Assembly (NCBI GenBank): GCA_043228905.1
Contig: JBHGNT010000007.1
Coordinates: forward strand, 15,686,001-15,750,000
Reading direction: 5' to 3'
DNA: 64,000 nucleotides
Source of the DNA: Azolla caroliniana
Lineage: Eukaryota; Plantae; Polypodiophyta
The first letter of the stretch is position 1, and the number at the start of each line of letters is the position of its first letter. The notes below the pieces were generated by a model. The model had not been told where the DNA came from. It did no database searches and saw only the letters and a list, made by a program, of their open reading frames with translations. This document shows, piece by piece, positions 36,360 through 48,382 of the stretch. The translations under genes were made by a program, and so were the position numbers.

Positions 36360-38540
36360 ATGTGTTCACTCTCTGTTTCCCATTTCTGTGTTTCAGCATT
36401 ATGAACTTTAGGAGAAGATCAGCATGAACTCTAGGAGAAGATCAGCATTATGTCCAGAACAAGAATGATGTTAATCGGGTTTCGGTGTTTCGGAAGCTAG
36501 TGAGGCTCCGGTACCAAGACAGCTCCAGTATGGCGGAGCACATGAATGCCTTCCAGGGACTAATCCACCAGGCAACCTCATTGGAAGTACCTCTCGCCGA
36601 TGAGGTACTCGCATTACTCCTGCTCGGTTCCCTCCCGGATAGTTGGGAGACGCTAGTTGTCACGTTGGACAACGTCGGGCCGGAAGGAAACAGTTGTCCC
36701 TAGCAAGGGTAAAATCAAGCTTGCTAGATGAAGAGGCTCACCGGAAGGACCAGGAGTCCTGAACCGATTCGAAGGCCTTGGTCACGGAAGATGACCACAA
36801 CCGGGGAAGAGGCCGGTATCGGAGTCCCTTAAACCGGGACAAATCGGGGACGAGGTCGAAGTCAAGGGGGAGGCCTACTTGCTTCTACCGTGGGAAGCCG
36901 GGGCACTTCCAAAAGAACTGTCGGCATTTCTGGAAAGAGAAAGAAACCGACACCACTGATTCGAAGAAGAGTTCGGACCGAAACGGTTCGGACCGGAGAG
37001 GCCCGGATCGGAAAGGAACGTTGGCAATCGCGACAAGTGAAGAGGAACTAATGCTCATTACCGAGGAGAATGAGTTAAACCTTGTCAGTGACGAGACAAT
37101 GTGGGTTTTTTTACTCTGGAGCATCGTTCCACCTTACACCGGATCGGAAATGCTTCTCATCCTACACAACCGGTGATCATGGTTATGTCCGGACGGGGAA
37201 TGAAGGTACATGCCAAATTGTTGGCATAGGAGATGTGTTGTTGACGACACCAACCGGATGCAAGTTGTTGTTGAAGGATGTCTGACACGTTCCGGAGGTT
37301 TGACTGAACCTGATATCATCGGTCGGATAGATGATGAAGGCTACACGGGTAGCATCTGGAACGGAGTCATGAAGTTTGGCAAAGGGAGCCTAATAGTGGC
37401 TCGAGCCCGAAAGGTCAACACGTTGTATTTGATGCATGCCTAGATATGCCGAGAAGAAGTGAACGTAGCATCTAACACTATCGGTGAGTTGTGGCACAAA
37501 AGACTATGTCACATGAGTGAGAAGGGGATGAAGAGACTTGCCGAAGACAATCTCATTCTAGTGAAGGAACTTGAGAACTGCACCAATTGTCTTGCCGGCA
37601 AGCAAAACCGAACCTCCTTCCGGTCAAGACCACCGATGAGACGGAATGCACCACTGGAGCTGGTGTATACCGATGTGTGTCAAGTGGACGAAGTCACATG
37701 CCGGATCGCACTACTTCGCGACATTCATAGATGACCATAGCCGGAAGTTGTGGGTCTCACCGTTGAAGACGAAGGATCAGGTGTTATCCGTCTTCAAGGA
37801 GCTCCACACAAGAGTGGAAAGAGAAACCGGCCGGAAGCTGAAGGCGGTTCGAGTAGACAACGGAGGAGAATACTGAGGGCAGTTTGAGGAGTATTGTCAG
37901 TCGAAAGGAATTCGGCTCGAATTCACCATGCCGAAGACCCCGGAATTGAACGGGTTGGCCGAACGGATAAACCGGACCGTGATGGAGAGAGTTCGGAGCA
38001 TGATGGCACATGCAAAGTTACCCAAGAGGTTTTGGGCTAAGGCGTTGATGACGATGACTTATGTGATAAACAGATCACCCTCAGTCCCCTTGGACGGAGA
38101 CACACCGCAAAAGGTATGGACGGGTAAGGACGTGTCTTACCGGCATCTGAAGGTGTTCGGTTGTCTCGCATATGTGCATGTAGCAAAGGACAAGAGAGCA
38201 AAGCTAGATCCGAAGTCCAGCCCATGCATATTCCTTGGATACGGCGATGATGAGTTTGGTTACCCTGTGTGGGATCTGGTCGACAAGAAGGTGTTCCGGA
38301 GTCGAGACATAGTCTTCATGGAAGACAGGACCATTGTTGACTAGGAGGCGGAGACGAAGGTGATGAACTCCAGATCATCCAATGAAAACCGACTTGAGGA
38401 CACAAGGACTTACCCGATTGAAAACCGGATGACACTCGTCAAACCGTCCGGATACGGACAAGAAACCAAACCGACCGAAGAAGAAGAAGAAGAAGAAGAA
38501 GAAGAAGACACCAGAACTGGACAAGATCCCGAATCGGTGT
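35812..38540 (+). mobile_element. Truncated Tork-like copia (LTR, deleted gag start, gag-PR-INT)
   Basis: LTR start TGTTGGGAAATCGGTCCCTCCGGATGGG resembles 53388; pol fragments homologous to the intact copy; long (GT)n at about 36282-36357. Confidence 0.88.
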
Positions 38541-40680
38541 TGCACAGTTTGCGCTACCTCGCCGATCTTGCAAGCCCTCTCCATGCAACCGTCAACCGTA
38601 CGTTGTTTCATTGGACTACAATCGAACAAGGGAGTTCAACACCCTCAAAATACTCCTTTCCCATGCCCCTATAGTGCAACCACCACATTGGGACGAGTTG
38701 TTCCATGTATTCGTGGACACCTTGGATATTGCGATCGGCAGCGTCTTGATGCAACTGTCTGAACCCCGTTGGTTCCGACCAATATTCTATGCAAGCCGAC
38801 GTCTTTCCTTGGCCAAACGCAGCAACAGAAAGTGAGGCCTTGGGTCTTACTTTTAGTGCAACCAAGTTCCGACACTACTTGCTAGTGTGAAGATTCAAGT
38901 TTCACGTGGATCACGACGTGTTGCTCTACATCGCGGCTAAGAGCTCATTGATCGGTAAAATGGCCCGATGGGCGGTACTTCAGAAATTTGAGTTTGACGT
39001 CATTCACCGACCTAGCGCACAACATGCCATTGCGAATTACCTCTCTCGGCTCGAATGCGGCGAATGGGGGCGGAGGTCCCAGATGACCTTCCAAACTCCT
39101 CCATCCTCCATGTCGCCACCGCCCCTACTATACCGACAACCCCAATTACTAGTTGGACAACATGGACTTCTACTTGACTAACGGGATAAGTGTGAGGGTT
39201 AAATGAGAGTGTAAAGAATGGGAGGATTACTTTTAATCCTCAGGATTGAGACAACCCATTAGGCCAAGAGTGAACTTGCTTGGGGGCCTTGGGTCTCGCT
39301 ATAAATATGAGGCCTAGCTACCCTCATTTCATCATCTCTTGACTACGTCGAGACTCTGTTTCATGGTGGGTCAACTCTTGGAGTGAACACGCCAACACAA
39401 GGTACGACTCGACGCCACGGCAGTGGTATGGGACGCCAATCGAGGCTCGAGTCTGTCTCGATCCCTTCGCTCGAGGGTGGTCGGGTGGATCGGCACCCTT
39501 CTTTCTCTCTCTCCTTCCTTATTTCATATATATTATATCCTTATCATATGCTTACATTAGATCATCACTCTAACACCAACAGTCAACCGTGATGCCGCGG
39601 CCTTCACCAAGGCTTGCGACGCATGTCAACGCATTGGCCAACCTCATGAATCGGCTTGTATGCCATATCACCCAGAGTTATTGCTCGAGTTGTTCCAGAA
39701 GTGGGGTCTAGATTTCATGGGTCCATTCAAACCCCCAGTTGCACAAACCGGTAACGTGTACATCCTCGTGGCAACGGACTACTGCACCAAGTGGGTCGAA
39801 GCAAAGGCCTTGCACGATAACACGGAAAAATCGAGTGCAAAATTTTTATACAAGTGCATATGGTGTCGGTTTGGCTGCCTGATTGAACTAGTTAGTGACC
39901 AAGGGCCGAGTCATTTCATTAATGATGTTGTTGCCAGCCTTACCTCCCACTATGCAGTCATGCACAGGAGGAGTACGTCATACTATCCCCAAGAAAACGG
40001 ATTAGCGGAGAGCACAAACAAGATACTCCAAAGCATTCTCCGCAAAATCGTCAACGAGCATCATACGGATTGGGACCACAAACTCCAATCGGCACTTTGG
40101 GCGTACCGTACCAGTTACAAGAAAAGCATTGGCTCCATGCCATTCCGCCTCGCATACGGCCTGGAAGTTGTCATGCCCATTGAGTTCGAGGTTCCCAGTC
40201 TACGCATTCAAGTGTAGGAGCATTTGCCAGAAGATGAATCGCGGATCATGCGGGCATAACAGTTGCTCCGCTTGGACGAGGATAGATTCCACAATCAATG
40301 AAGACTAGAACGGGAATAGTTGCGGCGCAAGGCCTTCATCGACCGCCATGGCCACCGCAACGCGGCAGCTTTGCGGGTGGGAACACCCGCCCTTGTTTTC
40401 TCCACACGCTCCGGTCTTACGCCAGGGAAACTCAAATTGCGGTGGTCGAGGCCGTTTTGGATCACCAATATGCATGCAGGCGCATTTCAGCTCGGCATCT
40501 TAGATGGCCAAGTCCTATCGGCGTCGGTGAATGGTTTTAGGCTCAAGTCGTACAATGGTACAATGCCACCCAACCCCTTTATACACAGCCATCTTGTCGA
40601 GGCTAACTCCACGATTGGCCCTCCATCTATGGACCCCTCAACCACACCTATAGTCACAACTTTGGACACTGTTGGATAAG
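38541..40680 (+). pseudogene. Degenerate Ty3/gypsy (Athila/Tat-like) RNase H and integrase
   Basis: FHVFVDT..AIGSVL..PIFYASRRL; FQKWGLDFMGP..ATDYCTKWVEA..YPQENGLAESTNK. Confidence 0.85.
39191..39574 (+). mobile_element. LTR-like insert between the RH and INT remnants
   Basis: TG...AACA ends and CTATAAATA near 39299; no TSD found. Confidence 0.4.
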
Positions 40681-41260
40681 TTGTCCACGGTGACTGCTAC
40701 AAGCTTTGTACAATTCTTTATTTCATGAATTGTTTTACGTTTTGCTAATTACCGCATATCAAGGGTTTGTAGGTTCGGTCATGGATTTTTGCACTATCCC
40801 ATAGGCATGCCAATGTTATTGGTCGGCCCGGTGTGAAATGGGGTGGGCCAACCAAACCATGTATATATATATGCCCTTTTTGGGATGTAAGGGTGTGGCG
40901 GTGTTCTATTGAGAATAATAAGTGTTTGTCTCCTCATTCTCAATTTACTTTCTAATTTTTTTCTTCTTTTTCTTCTATCTTCTTCTTCCTTTTTCTTTTT
41001 TTTTCTTCTATCTTCTTTCTCCGTTTACAACCACAACTTCTTCTTCTACTACTTCTTCTTCTTGTAGAGGAGGAACCATGTGGCATGAGCCACCCCTTAG
41101 GGTTGGGAGTGCGGTAGGCGGGCACCACCAGCAAAACTTGAGTAGACTCGACGGATCGGGTCAACAAAGCGAGGTTGCCATGCTTCTATCCACTTCTTCT
41201 TCTATCTGTTCTTACCGGGTATTAGGGTTTTTCTGTGGCAATAGAGGATTCTCAACCCTC

Positions 41261-41817
41261 GCACTCTGATACCATATAAAAGTTAACATGCAAAAGCTTG
41301 TAGACACAAACGGTTCTACCATATAGCAACATAAAACAAACGAAGGTTTAATGGAAAGCTTGAATCACACACACAAAGAGTAGGCGGGAGAGACAAAGAG
41401 AGCATAACATACAAAACTCAGATTCAAAATATCACTATGTATATACAATGTGCTCAGAGGGCACTTTTATACAAGTTCTTAAAAGGATTGACAGAAGTAC
41501 TGACAAGTACTTCAATGCTCGTACTGAGCTATTGACACTAACTCCTAGGAACATAACTACCTAGTAGACTCAGAGTGTAGGCCTCCAACGGCCTACCAGT
41601 TCACACATGAGTCCAGCTCTCCGATCCAGCTCACCTTACTGGACACCGACCTGGATCATTTTGAGCTTGTCCGCCACTCCTCGATATATAGAGCGTTCTT
41701 TCCACTCGGTGCTTTTTCACCCACGTCTTCCTTAACATCCGGCCTCCTTATTCGGTTGTTAGTGCTCGACTCCCTTTGATTCATTTACACTTGTCATACT
41801 TGTCCCACCGAGTAACA
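41261..41817 (-). mobile_element. 5' LTR (about 41275-41817) plus iMet PBS of a truncated element
   Basis: TGGTATCAGAGTGC at 41261-41274(-); LTR is homologous to 52925-53092. Confidence 0.65.
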
Positions 41818-43355
41818 CTAGACAACCAACACGAGTGTTTTTCATAAAACATAACTTTATAGATGTAAAAATTCTGGATGTTTAATAACATCTCTAAAAA
41901 ATTTGTCATACTTAGGTACATAGAATGAGCCATACAGGCATTCGCATTTGAGAATGATTCAATCAAACGTAAATGGTAAATCATCTCAAAGTTCGAAAAA
42001 AAAAAATTGGAATTTCAAAATATGACTATGGTTTATATTATATATTGATTGAATGAAATGTCAACACAATTGAAAGTTGAAAACTTAGGAATTACTTAAC
42101 TACTAGACATTCGAAAGCACGAACATAAAAATCAAATAGTTAAAAGACATTTGATCATGAGCTCATCTTGCAATTATCAACGTTCTCGTCTTGCAACTAG
42201 TGAAGGTATCAATTTCTTCACTTTAGAACTTTACAAAAAAATGAGCATGAACTATAGAGATTGAATCAAAATATGTCATTATAAATTATAATCAAATGTT
42301 CAAAAACTCATAAAACATATATTCGAGAATACGAAGAAAACATGACACTAAAATAAAATTTTACAATGACATGACACTAACGAGAGAGAGAGGGGGGGGG
42401 GGGGGTGAAAAAATTGGTATTCGAACTCAAGACATAAACAATAGTGGCATAACAACTTACCATTAGGGTGAGCTAATTTGTAATAATGACTAAACAAAAA
42501 GAAGAAAAAAAACGAATATAGTTTTCCCATTTTCAAACGTTTGTATGAATTTATTACGTTCTATGCTTAGATATGTATATTCATGAAATATGGTGCAAAT
42601 GTTTGATTTCTTATAGAATCAAAGGGAGTATGTTGATGGTTTCTATATAAGTAAGATACATATAAAATATGATTAATTAGCTATAGATAAGAATAATCAC
42701 ATGTAAGAGAGCAAGAGGTATTCAGAGATGTAATTAATTAAGAAATTGACTATGCTTATCATATGAGACACACCAATGTTATTACTTAAAACAACTATGT
42801 TTCATCCAATTGTGAAAGGTGAACAATGCCAGAAGAATTACACTTTTCACCTATTCCTCATATCATTGCCCATTGCAATTGTCAGGAGAGAATAGAGTTT
42901 CTACGTCCAAGTAGCGACAAAAAATTGCATAGTTTTTGTCAACTCATCCCTCGATGTGAGTCTAACCTAATGCAAGTGATATTTTATTGGAATGTCATAT
43001 TTGTGTGATGTGTTTAACATGGTAAAACATTGTGATGATGCAAATACAAACTTCAAGAGGTTGATTGAAATCATGTTAATGCAACTTGGCATTTATGGCA
43101 CAAAAACAAACTTTCGTGACTAAGTCACATGTGGGGTTCTTCGAGTTTATTCAATTTGGGTCTTTAATAATGAGACATACAAATCATCATTCGGACATCA
43201 TGTTAGACAAAATTTTAGAACACATCAACATTCATATATGCAAGAATGTCACAAAAAACATGTTGTTATTACAAGTTATGAAAGAGTTGAAGATACAAAA
43301 TGCAACATGAGTTGTAGAAATTTGTATCATTGAGGGAATCTTGAGTCCATTCAAA

Positions 43356-43391
<36 letters not shown>

Positions 43392-46260
43392 ACACAAGAG
43401 TCTTTAGACAGAATTTGAAGGGAAACCTCAATATTTGTTAAATTGTTGGTTTTATAAGATAGAGACATGAAAGTGTCTACAATATGATTTCATAAACAAT
43501 GTCATGAATCAAATCTCACAATTACATCCACCTAAATAGAGTATATGTCCAAATGATTATTTACACTTTGATGTGATGCCAAGATCCATACCTTCTTCAT
43601 CAATTGCATTAAATTATATAATTGTTGAGCAACATCATGGATATTATAGAAACATTTCTTACAATACATATTGTTACTCCAACTAAGAACTAGTGTAGCA
43701 AAAAAGCAATAATGTTGTGTACGCCTTGGGGGTCTTTAAATTTATGCAACTTGATATAGGAGCATACCCATGATGATAAGAATATCTTCCATACTTGATA
43801 CAATTCTAAAGCACCTCATCATTACCCATATTACATTCATGTTTCCTCGTGTGTTGCAAACACTTTAGAATGACCAAGGCTAAGCACTATAAGGTTTTTA
43901 ATTGCATATGTCCCTAGCTTCACAGAGCACATGAAGATACATTTATGTGATTAAAATGGAAACCTTGTGTGGCACTCCAAATAGTCGAGCTCCACTAACA
44001 CTTGTTTCTTACACGAGTTGACATCTTGATGATAGAGGGCATGGTACACCTTTGAGTATGAGATGTCACAACCTATATATAGACCATCTTGTTAGGGAAA
44101 GCATATGTTGAAGGTAAGTCTACCTTGGAAATAATAGACCCAACTTTATTACTAGAGCTCAAATGCGATAATTTGTGGCATTAAACAATAGTGTTAAGCA
44201 TTGGGATGAATAACTTAGAAAGGTTGGTCCTAAACCAAAGATAAAACCAATTGTAGATTACTAGAAGAATGTCGTGATAGCCTCTCTATAAGTATGAAGC
44301 TTATATGTTTGCTAATTTAAGGCCAATGTCATGCCAACTCCATGTAAGAATGTCAAGGAAAAGCATTGTCATCACCATGAAGATTTAGTTGTTGCCAAAC
44401 TGAAAGATGAAATGAGCGACCAATTGGAATTTATTGTGAACCATCTAAAAATGATTCAATGTTTGTTTCAACCATTTGCTAAATTGAAGAAAAATGTGGT
44501 TGGTATTTATTGTGAACCATCTAAGAATGGCCCAATGTTTGTTTTGAACCAATTGTCAATGTCCAAAAATATCATTTCCTAATTGTAGGAACAAATCAAT
44601 AAGTATCTTCAATACAATTTGGATTGACACAAAGTGGCATCAATAGGGATGAGAAACCAAAGATGTATTTAAAAGAACATGTATTCAATATTAGGAGATT
44701 TATATGTCAATGTCAACGTTGGAGAAGCATATACCAACTACCGAGCTAAGAATTAGTCAATCCCTCTTCCCAATGGATGTCAACTGATACTATTGTTTCT
44801 GCATGGACGAAGAAAGGAGAGATATATCCAAAGAAGATAAGGTTCCCTCCCAAACACGTACTTCGATAAAGAGTGAATCCCTTGTCGTGACAAATTCTAA
44901 TCTAGGTTTTCTAGTTCCACAACTTGCTTCCAAATTTATGAGCAAATTTGAAAATTCTCTTGATAGTTGCAAATGTCACATAAACTCGAAGGAATCTTTA
45001 GATTATTCCTTTCCTTTTTTAATAAGTCGTTTTTGGAAACATTTTAAAGAAAGATAAAACCAAGTGACATCTTACTAATGGACCTTTGGTATGGCATGAT
45101 TAAAAACTCGACCTTACAAATAAATATATGATAGAACTAAATGAATATGCATGAAATAGAATCAAGAGAGCATTGATTATCTAATTAAACATAGGATTGA
45201 ATGATTCAATCATAAAAGAAATGTTGTTAAGTGAGCATTTAAGCCCAATTATACCAATCATGCCTAATTGTGGGATCATTAAATGACAGATTTAACACTT
45301 TTAACATGTGTATTAAGCAATCTTACTACATTGAGTTTCATCATCTATGCTCTGCAATGATGAGATCAACGAATGACCTTCAGTAAAGAGTCGAATTGAG
45401 GAGGAATGACATTAAACAAAACATAGAAACACTTTCATATACTAACAATGTAGTTCATCACAAAGCTAACTAATTGAAGAGCTCAGCAAATCAAATCATT
45501 CAAACAGTGGGCTAATGTCACCAATACCTAATTGAGAATTGTGTTGTTTGTCAAGCATTTTCCGCATTCTTTTGTGGGTTTTCATCGTATCCCTGTGTCT
45601 TTAGGTTTTCATTCAATAATATAAATTGTTATTGCAATGAAACTAGCCAAAAACTTTATTCATTGCATATGAACCATGATAGTTGGGTTGTAAATATTAT
45701 CATGATTATACATGTACTAAGAGTTGGTTGGACATATGATGGATAGATCCTTCAAGGACATGGATATAAATAGATCCATTGCATGTAGCCAATCCAATAT
45801 CAAAAATATTGAAATAAAGTTGATTGTTTTGTCATATTGTTAACCATGTATTGTGCTTTTGGGTTCTTCATTATGCAAATATGAATAAACAATGCCAATT
45901 GTTCTCAAATGAAAAAAAACCAAATGAGCATCAGATAAGGACTTGGAAGTGATAACGTCAAAATATAATGCCATGCATGGAATGCTCGGAATAAATATCA
46001 ACAACTCAAAACTATCACTTTAGGACTTAGAAGTGGATAGAATTCACACAAACAATCAAAGGTTTCTCATTCAAGGACTCGTGTCAAATGAGGATTTGTT
46101 GTGTATGACATTATCAGCCTTTGTCATACTTCGCAATGATTGAAATTGCGAATATTATAGTGCAATACATCAAGAAGAATACGAGAATAGAAATGAGAAC
46201 ATATTGGGTCTTGGAAATATTCAAAGCCAAAATGGGTGTAATCATGTCCGTTATCTATGG

Positions 46261-47095
46261 TGTAAAATTGTTTGGCAGTTGGGTTCAACTTGGTTTAGGC
46301 TTGAGCCTCATTAATCGGTTTGGCAATACTCAAGCTGAACGAAACTTTTTAGGGCTAAACTGGTTCCTAAAATGGTGAAGGTTGGAACTTTTTTCCCAAA
46401 CCGATTAAGCCTTTAACTGGTTTATGAACCGTTTAGTTCATGTTTGAAAACTCTCAACCAAATTAAGGCTTAACCGGTTTGGTTTGGACAAGGCCAAACC
46501 AGTTAAGACAAAACCGAACCGTTATCGAATCCTATGTGTGAACTGGAAATTCCATCACCCACATATGCTCCAAAGAAATAGAGATTCAAAACGAGCAACA
46601 CATGAGCCAAAATGGGTCTCAATGACGTGACACTATCTATGGTTTCCTGTTCACTACATGCTCAAGTTGATCATGAATTTCCTAGAGGTGCATAGTATTT
46701 GCATGAAGTCCATGAGTGCTTCGCAGTTAAATTCAGTGTGCGAAACAAGGGGAACTAATGTCATGCATGACATGCTCGGTGCGAGCAACTAGAGGCTCGA
46801 TATGGGAAGTGACCAATGAGAAATCGAGTTTTAGAACCAAACCGTTTACGGATTGTCAAAACTAAATCATTTGTTGATAATTGAAACCAAACAGTTTATT
46901 GATAGTCGAGACCAAACCAAACCATTTTAATGATAATGAAGACCAAACCAACCCAAATCGCTTATTGATAATTGAAACCAACATGTTTACGAATAATCGA
47001 AACCAAACTAAACCATTGAATGATAATCGAAACCAACCCAGACCATTGAATGATAATTTAAAACCAAACTAAGCCGCTTAATGAGAATTCGAACC
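46261..47095. repeat. AAACC/AACCG-rich degenerate repeats (two blocks), probably DNA-transposon subterminal repeats
   Basis: Blocks at about 46270-46525 and 46830-47095 (25-31 bp units such as AAACCAAACC..TGATAATCG). Confidence 0.5.
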
Positions 47096-47488
47096 ATAGT
47101 TAGGAGGAGCTAAGACGGACGATGGTGTTGACAAATGATGTGGAAGGGAGGGATGGATTGAGGCCCCCTTCTCTCCAAGGAGGCAAAGGGACTCAAATCT
47201 CTATGGGTGAAGGAATTACCATGGTTTTACAATGAATACCACTCCATCAGAACTACAGCGGTTTTGCAACGAAATACCGCTCCATGGTTTAAGAGGAAAA
47301 CCGGCATAGTTATTATTATTGTTTTTTTGTGGATAAAAAAGTTCGATAATAGAAAAATCATTTTTATTACATTATGTTTTGGTTATTATTATTATTGTTA
47401 TTATTATTATTATTATTTCCCTAATTTGACTGTCGAGGTCGGCAGACAGACAGACATCCCTGTGTCTCCTTTTTCCCCTGTTCTCTGC

Positions 47489-47521
47489 AAACCCTAACCC
47501 TAACCCTAACCCTAACCCTAA
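47489..47521 (+). repeat. Telo-box plus (CCCTAA)5 upstream of the ARF gene
   Basis: AAACCCTAACCCTAACCCTAACCCTAACCCTAA. Confidence 0.85.
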
Positions 47522-48382
47522 CTCTGACGCCCACAAAGAAGAGAAAGAAAGGTGCTTCTATCGCCATCGCCATCGCCATCGCCATCCTCGTTTCCAGGTA
47601 TTTGCAAGTACTTGAGTACTCATGGTTCTTTGTTTCCCTCTCCTCCCCTCTTTTCATTGCTGGTTTAGGTTTGTGGTTTTTCTGCCAGAAGATCCTGTCT
47701 GAGTCCTTTTCCTCCCGTTTCCTTTTCTTACGCGTAAGCTTCGTTCTTTCTTCTTATTCCTCCTGTCCGTCTTCTCTTTCTTCTTCTTCTTCTTCTTCTT
47801 CTTCTTGATCTTCTTCTGCTCGGCGTGTGAGGTTTCTGTGCCATTTCTCTCTAATTTCTTCTAATACTTCACAGCTTTTAGTCCTCCCTTTTTCTTGTTA
47901 ATCGGTGTCCTGTTCTTTTCTCCTTTCTGGCAGAGACTCAGTGTCTTTGTTCTATGTCCCACACTTCTCCATGTTTCTCTTCATCTTCGTTTCCAAGTCA
48001 TTTTGTAACTAGTTCCCTTTCATCTGTCAGGTAGAAGTGGTAGATTTTCTGATCCGGTAACAATTGCGCACATATTTTTATTTATTGATAGGTAAAACAT
48101 TTTTCTATCTGATTCCATGGCGGGAGCTGCTATGAATGGATTCTCTGTTTCTGGGTCTCCATTGCTATTCAGAATGATCTCGATCTCTCCAGAAAGGTAC
48201 AGTCTCTGATGTCTTTCTGGTTTACCTCTGAAATTTCTTCATACCAACCCTACCTTTACAAAAGAAAGAAACAGCAAATCATGAGGAAACCTTCTTTGTA
48301 CTTGTGGTCTTGATGCCTGGGCCTTCGTTCCGAGAAAGAAGAAGCTCAAGCATCAGGAACATAACCAAGAACAAGGAGGAAC

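Noticed and set aside
47492-47521. Interstitial telomere or chromosome-fusion scar
   Set aside because: Only five units in a promoter/5' UTR context; better read as a telo-box or microsatellite
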